A stretch of 64,000 nt of DNA from a virus. Made by a program: the position numbers and the translations under genes. Below the pieces are notes generated by a model, which searched no databases, was not told the origin of the DNA, and saw only the letters and a program-made list of their open reading frames with translations. The DNA lies in IMG/VR virus record IMGVR_UViG_3300025574_000001, positions 7,328 to 71,327 of that record; one strand, given 5' to 3'. Positions 37,806 to 47,213 of this stretch are shown one piece after another. Position 1 is the first letter of the stretch. Every line of letters begins with the position of its first letter.

Positions 37806-38060
37806 ATGACGAAGAGAACAGTAGTGCAGACTGACCAGTGCGCCGACATTGACGCAGAAGCGCGTGCGTTGACTGCGCGTGGCTACAAGATCATGCTTGA
37901 CAGTAGGGAGATGTTTACATCAACGTTCATGGATGCAGAGGATGCAGGTGAAGTGAGTGTAGATAGTCTTGGGTTTACCTGGTACTTAATGACTGCAACG
38001 GAACGTGAAGAGCGTGCAATGATGTTGGTTCAGTTGGCCCAGGTATGGATTGACGCATGA
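37806..38060 (+). CDS. Hypothetical protein
   Basis: Start preceded by GACGAAATG. 84 aa. Confidence 0.55.
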   Translation: MTKRTVVQTDQCADIDAEARALTARGYKIMLDSREMFTSTFMDAEDAGEVSVDSLGFTWYLMTATEREERAMMLVQLAQVWIDA

Positions 38061-38221
38061 GTACCACTGCACGTCGTTACTACGTATGGTGCGACCAGCA
38101 TAAGTACATTGGTCACCCTTATGCAACACGGGATCTACCAGCGTTACACGCACACGCACATGACGTAGAATTTCACAAGAGTGTTATTACGGCAAAAGTG
38201 ATGAGAGGACCAAAGCGATGA
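38057..38221 (+). CDS. Small hypothetical protein (54 aa)
   Basis: MSTTARRYYVWCDQH...HAHAHDVEFH. ATGA coupling. Confidence 0.5.
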   Translation: MSTTARRYYVWCDQHKYIGHPYATRDLPALHAHAHDVEFHKSVITAKVMRGPKR

Positions 38222-38420
38222 GCAAGCAACCCAAGTTGCTTACACACACACGCCTAGCCCAGACGGGCTGTGTGAATGTTTACCCATCACTCTTCACCTC
38301 CCACACCCGGCTTCGTAAATTTTTTCACCCACCTTTTCAAAAATCACACTCTCCCCTTCCCAAAAATTTTTCACCTCCCAAAACCCAACAGATTCACCCA
38401 AGAGAAAGGAACACAGTATC

Positions 38421-38744
38421 ATGCCCAAGCACCCACAAGGAAAGTCCGAGGTTGAACCTCCCGACTTCATGATTCACTGCCGACCACACTTCTTCGAACT
38501 GCAACCCAGGTATGAAGTGATGATCATTAACAATGACACGGGTGAGGTGCTACATCACCAGACACTCAACACCAACCTCACGCCGTTTCCCAACGCACTG
38601 AAAGCCTACCTCCATACACACGGCTACCGACGCACCAACTCCTTCACACGGGTGAATGCGGACGGCCTCACCTTCGCTGCCGCGGAGTTCAAGGGAGTAC
38701 CTGTCCTCACCGACGCAGAGGTTGAACGCCTGGGCGTGTTGTGA
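38421..38744 (+). CDS. Hypothetical protein
   Basis: 107 aa ORF with an AGAAAGGA RBS. Confidence 0.55.
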   Translation: MPKHPQGKSEVEPPDFMIHCRPHFFELQPRYEVMIINNDTGEVLHHQTLNTNLTPFPNALKAYLHTHGYRRTNSFTRVNADGLTFAAAEFKGVPVLTDAEVERLGVL

Positions 38745-38965
38745 TGAGTGACAACAACGCAGCCATCACCATCACCCAGACGTACCTCGAGGAACTGGAA
38801 CAGAAGTTGAAGAACACACGTATGTCAAAGGATGCCGCGTACCGTGTGAATGACAACGGGATGTATCACTACTTCACCAACGAGGAACATGGTCTTATGG
38901 GTGCGCAAGACGCAGTGCAAGTACTCCTAAGTAAGTTTGAGAACGATGATAAGAGGATGCTATGA
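38741..38965 (+). CDS. Hypothetical protein (paralogue A)
   Basis: AITIT...KDAAYR motif shared with the next ORF. Confidence 0.65.
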   Translation: MMSDNNAAITITQTYLEELEQKLKNTRMSKDAAYRVNDNGMYHYFTNEEHGLMGAQDAVQVLLSKFENDDKRML

Positions 38966-39168
38966 CCAGTAACGCCAAAGCAATCACGATCACCGAGGCT
39001 CACATCACCAAGGCCGAGGAACAGTTGAAGGAGATCCGTCTCACAAAGGATGCCGCGTACCGTGCGGATGTGAATGACTTGTATGTCTTCACATCCATTG
39101 AAGAGAAGGAGAAGGTCGCGGCAATCAATGCGTTGCAGGTTCTCCTCACAGACCTCGAGGCGATATGA
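38962..39168 (+). CDS. Hypothetical protein (paralogue B)
   Basis: AITIT...KDAAYR motif; 21 bp of DNA identical to paralogue A. Confidence 0.65.
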   Translation: MTSNAKAITITEAHITKAEEQLKEIRLTKDAAYRADVNDLYVFTSIEEKEKVAAINALQVLLTDLEAI

Positions 39169-39446
39169 ACAAGGTGAACACTCTCATTCATCCACTGGAC
39201 CGATGCGCGAACTGCAACCTTTCCATTTACAATCATAAGTGGCCGGCGAGAGTTCACTCACACTCGTGTAAACATTTCATCAGTGTTGAGATGATGTGCT
39301 ATCTCCTCCTTGATCTTATGCGCACCAACACGATTGAGGCGTTGAAGGATTCACCAACACGAGTGACACGGGAGATGATGCAACCCAGTATCGAAAAGAA
39401 TCACCTCATCATGCTTGAGGCCAAGAAAATGTTGCGGCGATACTAA
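39165..39446 (+). CDS. Hypothetical protein
   Basis: CANC...HSCKHF. Coupled ORF. Confidence 0.5.
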   Translation: MNKVNTLIHPLDRCANCNLSIYNHKWPARVHSHSCKHFISVEMMCYLLLDLMRTNTIEALKDSPTRVTREMMQPSIEKNHLIMLEAKKMLRRY

Positions 39447-39534
39447 TGTGGAACATACCCACACCACTTGCCGTCATCCTTTGCATTGCCATTGGCGTCC
39501 TAAACGCCATCATCCTTGGAAGGATCAATAAGCG

Positions 39535-39876
39535 ATGACACAGAGCCAACACCCAAGCCAGCAACCTTGCAATCATTCATATCAACGTGAGGACGGGTAC
39601 ACCTATGATGTGTATCGCGGTCGCTGTCCTAAGTGCCACAAACTGATTCGACCTTTCTCCTTCTACTGGTGGCACACGTTAGAATCATTCTTTCACCTCA
39701 CCATACCCATGTGGGTGAAGAAGACGTGGTGGATTTATTTCACAGGTCTCTATGGGTGGTTGATCACGGGTGACATATGGCGTGGTGATTATCGAGGCGC
39801 CCTGGAATATGTCCTCCTTGTTACATTCATCATCTGTCTCGACTGGCCCAGGGTCAAGAAATGGTTTAAGCGATGA
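39535..39876 (+). CDS. Membrane protein with N-terminal Zn-ribbon
   Basis: CNH...CPKCH followed by Trp-rich hydrophobic segments. Confidence 0.55.
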   Translation: MTQSQHPSQQPCNHSYQREDGYTYDVYRGRCPKCHKLIRPFSFYWWHTLESFFHLTIPMWVKKTWWIYFTGLYGWLITGDIWRGDYRGALEYVLLVTFIICLDWPRVKKWFKR

Positions 39877-40112
39877 ATCTTTTACACACCAAAGAATTCG
39901 AGGCGTTCCTTCGCAACAAGGACAACGACCATATGTATGTGCGTGTTCATCGAACGTGGCGGGACGGTATGTGTAGTGTTGTGGGCATCAACGGGGAGTC
40001 GTCGTTCATCACGTTCAAACTGTCCAGTGACGCACTTACATTTGCCCAGAAGGAGGTCAAGAAACTGATCCGCAAGGGATACCGCCAGGTGGCGATTCCC
40101 ACGCCACGATAG
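39873..40112 (+). CDS. Hypothetical protein (WGR-like end motif)
   Basis: ALTFAQKEVKKLIRKGY resembles the end of WGR domains. Weak. Confidence 0.5.
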   Translation: MNLLHTKEFEAFLRNKDNDHMYVRVHRTWRDGMCSVVGINGESSFITFKLSSDALTFAQKEVKKLIRKGYRQVAIPTPR

Positions 40113-40244
40113 ATTGACGTGTGCAGCACCTCCTCCGACACATTCACACGTTCATACTGAATCTCCCGGCGGGTTTTGTCGGTTACGTGATAGGAGTCGT
40201 GGTCACGACTGTCGCGTTCCTGATATTGAACGCCCGCCAAACGG

Positions 40245-40314
40245 GCCAAAAATAAGCCAAAAATAGGCCATTTTAGTGATCATTAACCTGCTAGTATTTA
40301 GTCAAGGCAGTAAC
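40245..40314 (+). promoter_or_regulatory. Rightward early-promoter-like motif with phased A-tracts
   Basis: GCCAAAAATA twice at 11-bp spacing, a TAGTAT hexamer, and CAAGGCAGTAAC identical to 36609-36620. Confidence 0.55.
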
Positions 40315-40338
40315 CAAGGAAAAAAGGAAGGTTTCAAA

Positions 40339-40497
40339 ATGACCCGCAAAATGATTCACGCAGTAATCTGCGAAACACCTGGATGTGACTTCGAGTTTGA
40401 AGAGCGTTCTGTGTTCCCAAGCGACAAGTGGTATGACGCTTCAGAACACGACATCGAATTCAATCACACCGTTCGCCTCGTTCACGCGGTGGCTTAA
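40339..40497 (+). CDS. Small Zn-binding hypothetical protein
   Basis: CETPGC...H....H pattern. AAGGAAGG RBS. Confidence 0.55.
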   Translation: MTRKMIHAVICETPGCDFEFEERSVFPSDKWYDASEHDIEFNHTVRLVHAVA

Positions 40498-40499
40498 TC

Positions 40500-40766
40500 A
40501 TGTCAATCAAAAATCACGAAGGTCAGGAGATTCGCGAAAGCGACCAGATCATCTCCTTCTCCGGTTCACGTGCACCCAAGGTCATCGGGTACATCGTTGG
40601 ATTTAGGAATGGCGCATTCGGCCAAGAGGCTGTTGTTCGGATGCAGGATGAAATGCCAAACGACAACATCTTCATTTACTCGTTGACTGAACTCTGCCTT
40701 TATGCAGAAGCCGGTCACGGTAGCACAGTCAGCGTCAACACCAAGACCAAATGGTTCGTGGCCTAA
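40500..40766 (+). CDS. Hypothetical protein
   Basis: 88 aa ORF in the operon. Confidence 0.5.
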   Translation: MSIKNHEGQEIRESDQIISFSGSRAPKVIGYIVGFRNGAFGQEAVVRMQDEMPNDNIFIYSLTELCLYAEAGHGSTVSVNTKTKWFVA

Positions 40767-40832
40767 TGCGTACCAGCGATTCCTCATTCACATCCACACT
40801 TGGCTTGACGATGAAATTGATAAGGAGACACG

Positions 40833-40997
40833 ATGAACGCCAATGATCTTGCCAAAGCAATTGAAGGCATTGAGGAACTGGAGAAGTTTCACGCTGAACA
40901 ACACGACTCACCATATGATCAGGTGGATGAACAGGCTGCAAAAGCCATCACGATGTTGCGTAAACGATTGTCACATGAGATTGTGAGGATGCCATGA
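40833..40997 (+). CDS. Small hypothetical protein (54 aa)
   Basis: AAGGAG RBS and ATGA coupling to the next ORF. Confidence 0.5.
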   Translation: MNANDLAKAIEGIEELEKFHAEQHDSPYDQVDEQAAKAITMLRKRLSHEIVRMP

Positions 40998-41254
40998 GTG
41001 ATCCCATCACAGGCCAGCCTTTCGCCGTTGGTTCGTATGTGCGTGTCAAGAATTCACCCAAGATCTTTGGTGAGGTTGTCAGTTGTTTCAAGAAGTCGTA
41101 TGATGAGGACCGTGAGTGGGAAGTTCAATTTCAGTCAATGCGATATGAACACCCACTTGCATACTGGTGGTGGCAGGTCGAGGCCGCGACGACTGACGGA
41201 CGTAAAGTTGAACCATGCATACACGGTGAAGGAAATGATTGGGAGGAATCATGA
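40994..41254 (+). CDS. SH3/KOW-like hypothetical protein
   Basis: FAVGSYVRVK...FGEVV. Confidence 0.5.
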   Translation: MSDPITGQPFAVGSYVRVKNSPKIFGEVVSCFKKSYDEDREWEVQFQSMRYEHPLAYWWWQVEAATTDGRKVEPCIHGEGNDWEES

Positions 41255-41847
41255 CACCGGAACTTCCAATCGACCTCAACCTGATTGATCACGTGGCATT
41301 TGGAAGCGGTCCCATCACGTTGCCAACCCGCAAAACATGGGACGAATTATCGGCACGTGCCGGTCGCAACGACATGCCTGGCATCCTTGCAGAGGCCATA
41401 CTGTCTGAATCACTGTCACACGTAGAACTGGCGAAAGGAATTGCATCCACATGGGTACTGTGTGAATGGCCGGCAAGAGCAATTGAAATTCATGTGTGGG
41501 AATACATTTTCACAATGGTGTGTGACGGTGGTTACTACCTCAATGATGATGGCGACGTCAAGAGTCACGAGGATCTCCCAGAGGAACTGATCTTGTACCG
41601 CGGTTGCCTTCCAGAATTCAAAGAGGGTATGTCATGGACCACTGATAAGGAACGGGCCGTGTGGTTCGCGCATCGTCTTGATCACGGCAACAACATCGGA
41701 CATCTTTACACCTGCACCATACCACCACACATAGTGCTGGCGAAATTCGACGGGCGTGGAGAGAATGAAATCGTCATTGAAGTATCGCAGTTGTTTGAAG
41801 ACGACATCGAAGAAATCGATGAGTCCACAGAAAAGAAAGAAGGATAA
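41251..41847 (+). CDS. Putative ADP-ribosyltransferase-fold protein
   Basis: LYRG ... MSWTTD..RAVWFA ... GENEIVI, an R-S-ExE-type pattern. Confidence 0.55.
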   Translation: MTPELPIDLNLIDHVAFGSGPITLPTRKTWDELSARAGRNDMPGILAEAILSESLSHVELAKGIASTWVLCEWPARAIEIHVWEYIFTMVCDGGYYLNDDGDVKSHEDLPEELILYRGCLPEFKEGMSWTTDKERAVWFAHRLDHGNNIGHLYTCTIPPHIVLAKFDGRGENEIVIEVSQLFEDDIEEIDESTEKKEG

Positions 41848-41850
41848 GAA

Positions 41851-42297
41851 ATGAAGAAAGTATTATTCACAATCACAATGGCGTTGGCGGTCCTATTGCC
41901 CACGACCATTGCCAGTGCATCACCGGCATCTAAGTTTAATAAGTGGATACTGGCAACCAACCCAATCATCCAAAAGTTCTTACGTGATAATCACACCCTG
42001 GGCGTCATCTTGAATTCAGGAAACGTGACGGGTGCAGTGCGACAACTCGCAATCCTCAGTCGTGATGGCACCTCACTGGGTACACACACGAATAGTGGTG
42101 ACTTACTATTGAATGTTGACATAACACTCTTATCACGTTCCATCATTCACATGACGGGTGTTGGTATGAACACACTCGCCGGTGGTTACGGTGGGTCATT
42201 TAACCCGTGGACAAATGCAGTTCGCACCGTGACAGTGAATGAAGGACACGTCACTGCTGACCTGAACTATGACGCTAAGAAATTTGGGTTGGCATAA
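41851..42297 (+). CDS. Secreted hypothetical protein
   Basis: Signal peptide MKKVLFTITMALAVLLPTTIASA. Confidence 0.65.
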   Translation: MKKVLFTITMALAVLLPTTIASASPASKFNKWILATNPIIQKFLRDNHTLGVILNSGNVTGAVRQLAILSRDGTSLGTHTNSGDLLLNVDITLLSRSIIHMTGVGMNTLAGGYGGSFNPWTNAVRTVTVNEGHVTADLNYDAKKFGLA

Positions 42298-42674
42298 TGA
42301 AGGCTCTTAAGATGAATGTGGACGGCAAGACTGAAGTTGTAGCATTCACAAATGCAACGTGTTACAAAACGTTGAATGAAGGTGTGAACGGCTATATCCA
42401 ATGTGTTCGCTTACATCACCTCAACGTTGACATGTGGGTGAATGAGGAAGGGAAGTTACGTGATCTTCCCACAAACGACCAAGCAACACTGATGTGGGTA
42501 CGGTCATACGGACCCACGGATGTGATTAAGGGTAATGTGGTCTTCACTTCACATACGAATTCCATGGGCAACACTGTTGGATTAAGTGATGAACAGATTG
42601 AAAAGATTAAGAAAGAGATCATCGACTTTCTTAAGGTCACGATCATCAGTCTTGACGACATAGTAGAGTTGTAA
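42297..42674 (+). CDS. DUF3846-like protein
   Basis: VNGYIQCV...MWVNEEGKLRDLPTN..AT...IKGNVVF. Confidence 0.8.
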   Translation: MKALKMNVDGKTEVVAFTNATCYKTLNEGVNGYIQCVRLHHLNVDMWVNEEGKLRDLPTNDQATLMWVRSYGPTDVIKGNVVFTSHTNSMGNTVGLSDEQIEKIKKEIIDFLKVTIISLDDIVEL

Positions 42675-42795
42675 CGACGAAAGGACGAAATGAATATGAT
42701 TTACAACGCACTTACATATTTCTTTTGGCACGCATTCTTTGTCATCGGAACTCTCTCAGCAATCGGTGTATGCATCATCGGCATAAAGGAAATGC

Positions 42796-43014
42796 GTGGC
42801 AACTGAACTTCACACGCACATCACAGCAATAACGTTGTGGCGCACTGAACACGGTGCAACTATTTTCAAGGCAGTGTGTACGTGTGGAAAGTGGGAAGAG
42901 CAGCGAACTGATTCATCCATCATTCTTGACAAGTGTGTTGCACACGAACTCTCGAATCTGGCGAAGGACATAAACCTATGGAAAGAAAGGAATGAAAAAA
43001 ATGGCAACGACTGA
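42796..43014 (+). CDS. Hypothetical protein
   Basis: AVCTCGKW...HE Zn-like pattern. Confidence 0.5.
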   Translation: MATELHTHITAITLWRTEHGATIFKAVCTCGKWEEQRTDSSIILDKCVAHELSNLAKDINLWKERNEKNGND

Positions 43015-43189
43015 ACAAACGAAACAAGAAAAAATCAATGAGATCGACCAGAGTTTGAATCTTGCACGTGTCCAATTGGGTGAGGCGAAGTTTGTCTTGG
43101 GTAAGGGCGACACAGAGCAAGTGAAGTTCTTGACGAATCGCACCATCATTGAACTGAACAACATCCTCACGAAAGTTGAGGGTCTGTGA
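42992..43189 (+). CDS. Hypothetical coiled-coil protein
   Basis: 65 aa ORF with an RBS. Confidence 0.5.
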   Translation: MKKMATTEQTKQEKINEIDQSLNLARVQLGEAKFVLGKGDTEQVKFLTNRTIIELNNILTKVEGL

Positions 43190-43434
43190 GCGACAACTCA
43201 TCACAGCATTATGTCCCAGTGAAGTGTGAGTGTAGTCACAAGGACAAGAAGCACATTGGCGGAAAAGGTCCTTGCACAGTACGTGATTGTGACTGTGATG
43301 AGATGCGGGCAGTGCGATGAGTAAGCGTTCACGCAAGAAGGAAGTAAAAAGAGAAGACAAAGTATTCCGTAAGTCAGTGAAACGTTATGAACGCTTTTTA
43401 CAGGACCAAAGGAATTGGACGAAAGGACGGAGTG

Positions 43435-43668
43435 ATGCAAGGAGATAGGAACGAGACGGAATGGTGTGGTCTTAAGGAAAATGATCCTGTCTTAGTGTCA
43501 GGAATCAAAGGACAGTTTCTTTTCGACTACGTGAGGATGGATGGTGACAAACCCATCTGGGTTTCCGTCACACGTGCGAAGACGGACAAGAGGCAAGGAA
43601 CTCGGATGGTGACACCTGACAGGATTGGTGTTCAACAAGGTCGTGGCATGAGGATGGTGCTGCAATGA
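43435..43668 (+). CDS. SH3-like hypothetical protein
   Basis: DPVLVSGIKGQFLF..V...WVSV...RMVTPDRI. Confidence 0.55.
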   Translation: MQGDRNETEWCGLKENDPVLVSGIKGQFLFDYVRMDGDKPIWVSVTRAKTDKRQGTRMVTPDRIGVQQGRGMRMVLQ

Positions 43669-43786
43669 CGAGATCAAAGTATGTGCGACGTGACAACACC
43701 ACGCCAACGAAATCAGCGATGAAGACGCGACGGGAACAGCGTCGTGCACGCAACAAGGCAGCACGCGCCAGTCGGAAGAAGAACCG

Positions 43787-44053
43787 ATGAAGATCTGCGG
43801 AACGTGTAAGAAGCCTGTGGCTTATATTGTCACACGCACATCCGGTCTTTGGCGTCACGGCACTGGGAACTGGCGATGTGCACCTCCTTTCATAGGTGAT
43901 GCCAACACATCGCAGATTGAAGTGCGAATGGCGAAGTGTTCAGTGTGTAAGACTGAAAAACCCACAAGCGAATTGGAGGGTGACAAGTTATTGGTGCATC
44001 ATACGTATCTTGATCACGACGATTACTGGTGTGGCTGTGTGGGTGGCGACTGA
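43787..44053 (+). CDS. Cys/His-rich hypothetical protein
   Basis: CGTC..WRH..C, CSVC, DDYWCGCVG. Confidence 0.55.
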   Translation: MKICGTCKKPVAYIVTRTSGLWRHGTGNWRCAPPFIGDANTSQIEVRMAKCSVCKTEKPTSELEGDKLLVHHTYLDHDDYWCGCVGGD

Positions 44054-44151
44054 TCTTGATAGTTTTTTGATAAACGACGAAGAGATGAAGGGAGGTGAAC
44101 TGTGAACAACGCGATGTATGAAGTTGCCTAGTCGCCAATCGAAGGAGTCCC

Positions 44152-44580
44152 ATGACTCGCAAGATCATAGCAACGCTTTTCATATGTTTGTTGGTGGGCT
44201 TTGGAAATGTTCAGATCTCCAGTGCCCACACTACGCATTCAACGCATCACACAGCGACAGTGCTGTGGTACCAACCACTTTTACAAATTCCTCATTCATG
44301 GATGCCAGCGATTAAATGTTTGATGATGGCGGAATCACGTTCCACAACTGCACACCCGAATCTTGGTGACAATCGTTCACCAGCAATAGGACAGTATTCG
44401 GGAATCTTTCAGATGGGCAATTACGTTGGTGGCGTGTGGGATACTTACGCAATGCCACGACTACATGTGCAAATCTGGAATGCAACACCATACCAACAAG
44501 CCGAAGGGTTCGTGGATGTGTTGCGGTACGACGGTGGATTTCATCCGTGGCATGGTGATGGGTGCATCTACCCTAATTGA
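44152..44580 (+). CDS. Secreted lysozyme-like (Rpf/SLT) transglycosylase
   Basis: Signal peptide, then CLMMAESRS...YSGIFQM...WD...ATPYQQA...GGFHPW..DGC. Confidence 0.7.
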   Translation: MTRKIIATLFICLLVGFGNVQISSAHTTHSTHHTATVLWYQPLLQIPHSWMPAIKCLMMAESRSTTAHPNLGDNRSPAIGQYSGIFQMGNYVGGVWDTYAMPRLHVQIWNATPYQQAEGFVDVLRYDGGFHPWHGDGCIYPN

Positions 44581-44645
44581 GGTGAGTCACTCTTTGTTGT
44601 GATGACGTGCTATTGTTGGCGTCATCACGACATAGGAGTGTCACA

Positions 44646-45023
44646 ATGGCCCTTGTTTATCTCACCGCAACAACGGCAAGTGCAGCAATGGACGCCGTTG
44701 TCCCCGCCTCAACAAACATGGCAATCAGTTTGCATATCAGCACTGGCCCTGGGAACACGGGTGCCAATGAATGCGCAGGTACTGGGTACGCATACCAGCA
44801 AGGACAGTTCATCGCTGCGGTGTCGGGTGTTAAGACCGGACCCAACGCCGCGGTGTCGTTCACATCGACCGCATGGACCGGCACCATTGGTTATTTCGGT
44901 GTATGGGACACGACACACGCAACATGGAAATGCGGAGGTGCACTGACCGCGACACTCACACCGCCATCATCATGCACCATCGTCATTGCCATCGCTGGAC
45001 TTTCACTTTCGATTCAAGGCTAA
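44646..45023 (+). CDS. Minor structural/fibre protein
   Basis: TGYAYQ...AAVSF...GTIGYFGVWD...GGALT pattern, common in phage fibre-like proteins. Confidence 0.65.
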   Translation: MALVYLTATTASAAMDAVVPASTNMAISLHISTGPGNTGANECAGTGYAYQQGQFIAAVSGVKTGPNAAVSFTSTAWTGTIGYFGVWDTTHATWKCGGALTATLTPPSSCTIVIAIAGLSLSIQG

Positions 45024-45032
45024 GGAGACAAG

Positions 45033-45410
45033 ATGTCAGATGACGTCATCAAGACCAAGGTTGGTGTCGATGCTAACGGCATGGACAAATTCAATTACAA
45101 CTGGAAGGATCATCCAGGAATGCAGGATGTCGATCCTCGCAACCACACGCACATCGCAATCGTTACTGGACCACTAGGCGGCAGTGTGTCGTTGGCCGAT
45201 GGCACGTCATATGATATGACGGAGACGTTGATTGTTGTGCCAGTGAAAGACGCTGACGAACTGGTGACGAAGATTCACGACGTCCACCGTCTTGCCGGCC
45301 TCACCACCGAACCGACACCCACCACCGCGGAAGTGAAGGCCAAGCGAATGGCCAGTGCGGAGGAAGCGGCAGTGAAACATGGGTTGCCACCCGCGGCTGT
45401 GACACGATGA
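45033..45410 (+). CDS. Hypothetical protein
   Basis: 125 aa ORF with an AAGGAG RBS. Confidence 0.6.
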   Translation: MSDDVIKTKVGVDANGMDKFNYNWKDHPGMQDVDPRNHTHIAIVTGPLGGSVSLADGTSYDMTETLIVVPVKDADELVTKIHDVHRLAGLTTEPTPTTAEVKAKRMASAEEAAVKHGLPPAAVTR

Positions 45411-46549
45411 CGGACACTGCACTCGTCACTCTGACGCCAGCACAGGCGACCACAGCACGGGCGAACGGTTTCACCGTCTATTCGACAACGGTGAATGGTG
45501 TTGCACTCGAATTGGCGTTACCTAGTGCAATCGTTGTGACGCCACCTCCGCCTCCACCTACACAGACGTTTACGGCAACGCAAGTTGGCACTAGTCAGAT
45601 TCAAGTTGCCTGGGCCGGGTTCTCACCAGTCAAGATCGGACGTAATGGTGTGGATTCGAATGGCACTGGTCCTTGGAGCACTGCAACGCTGACCGGCGAA
45701 CCATCCACCGGCACGTTCACGTTCAACAGTCTTGTGCCGGGTAATTCGTACATCCTCACGGCGACGAAAGCGGATGGCACAGCGATAACGACCGCCATCA
45801 CGATGTCCGGTGGTGTAGTAGTGACGCCACCGCCTGTCACACCACCACCGAACTCGGGTACCTACCCCCTGGGAATTGATCCCTACCCTCTAGGCGTGGG
45901 TGAGTCAGTGATCAAACTGTTTGACTTCAAGTCAGGTCTTAACACAACTGACTTCGGCGTGTACAGCGGTAAGTCACAGCCATCTAATGGACAGTTCGTC
46001 ACCATCAATACCACTGTTGTTGGTGGTGAATTGAATCTTAAGATGAACCAGAATCCGAGTCTTGGCACACCAGTGAACAACAATGAAGTTGGCGCGGGCG
46101 TTCAACTCATCTCACACACGATGCAACCGGGTCAGCGCATTGAGTTTGCGTTTAAGAATGTTCCGATGAATGGTGCATATCAAATCGGTCTTCTGTTCGC
46201 GGCTGACAACGTGTGGCCGGGTCACGGCGAAATCGACATTCTTGAACAAGATGACGGTGGTGCGTTTAAGAGCACCGTCATTTCCAATGCGGGTAACCCG
46301 CAAAAGGCTGTCCCAACCACCAACGCCAGCGCACACATGATGGCACTCGCGTGGACCACGGACGGACACCTGCGTTTCTATCTCGACAACCTCACGACAC
46401 CGTACTGGGATTTTCCAACACCACCCGCACCGTTCGGTGCAGCCGGTCTGAACTTCTGTTTGCAGACCCAACAGGAATCCATCTTCAATTCACCGGGTTT
46501 GACAAGCGATGAAATCGTTGACTGGGTTCGTTTGGTGAAGTTGGCATGA
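45407..46549 (+). CDS. GH16-like glycoside hydrolase with N-terminal beta-sandwich
   Basis: WPGHGEIDILE catalytic motif, GELNL and FYLD; Pro-rich linkers. Confidence 0.75.
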   Translation: MTDTALVTLTPAQATTARANGFTVYSTTVNGVALELALPSAIVVTPPPPPPTQTFTATQVGTSQIQVAWAGFSPVKIGRNGVDSNGTGPWSTATLTGEPSTGTFTFNSLVPGNSYILTATKADGTAITTAITMSGGVVVTPPPVTPPPNSGTYPLGIDPYPLGVGESVIKLFDFKSGLNTTDFGVYSGKSQPSNGQFVTINTTVVGGELNLKMNQNPSLGTPVNNNEVGAGVQLISHTMQPGQRIEFAFKNVPMNGAYQIGLLFAADNVWPGHGEIDILEQDDGGAFKSTVISNAGNPQKAVPTTNASAHMMALAWTTDGHLRFYLDNLTTPYWDFPTPPAPFGAAGLNFCLQTQQESIFNSPGLTSDEIVDWVRLVKLA

Positions 46550-47205
46550 ACACTCACGGAGCCGTCGATCTTGCACCAACCAAAGCAAAGATTGAACTAG
46601 GTCGTTTTCACGACCCATCGATTGAACGGATGGCGGAGATTGCGCACGACTTAAACGCCACAATGTATTCAGGTGGATGGGTCAACTTGTTGAACTTTGA
46701 TTCGCCTGAACAAGATACGGCGGTCACGCCTAAGAACACCTTCACAACAATGGCAGACATTTGTAATCCGCAGCGTCCGTTCATCCCGGCGAACTCGGTG
46801 AAGACCGGAACGATCTTTCGCATAATGGCGTGGGGGACCGTCGGTTCGGCGGCCGGCACGGCGACGACAACGATGGGACTGTACCTGAACGGTGCCGCAG
46901 CCGGGACGCAACTTGCCGTCACAGCCGCACAGACACCGGCAACATCAACTGTGAACTGTTGGAATATGGACACGCAGGCTCGTGTCGTGTCAATCGGCGC
47001 AGCAGGGACCATCGTCACCATCGGAGACGTCATGGGAATTAACGCCACCGCGACAACCGGTGTGCTGATGCCCGCAACACTTCCTGCGGCAGCGGCCTTC
47101 AACACAACACAGGCGAACAGCATTACCATCGCCGCATCGTGGAGTGTGTCGGCAGCGGGCAACACCTACTCCGTTCATGGTTTCACCGTGGAGCAATTGA
47201 ACTGA
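46546..47205 (+). CDS. Structural/fibre-like protein
   Basis: Ala/Thr/Gly-rich beta-type sequence within the structural cassette. Confidence 0.55.
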   Translation: MNTHGAVDLAPTKAKIELGRFHDPSIERMAEIAHDLNATMYSGGWVNLLNFDSPEQDTAVTPKNTFTTMADICNPQRPFIPANSVKTGTIFRIMAWGTVGSAAGTATTTMGLYLNGAAAGTQLAVTAAQTPATSTVNCWNMDTQARVVSIGAAGTIVTIGDVMGINATATTGVLMPATLPAAAAFNTTQANSITIAASWSVSAAGNTYSVHGFTVEQLN

Positions 47206-47213
47206 CGTAAGTC

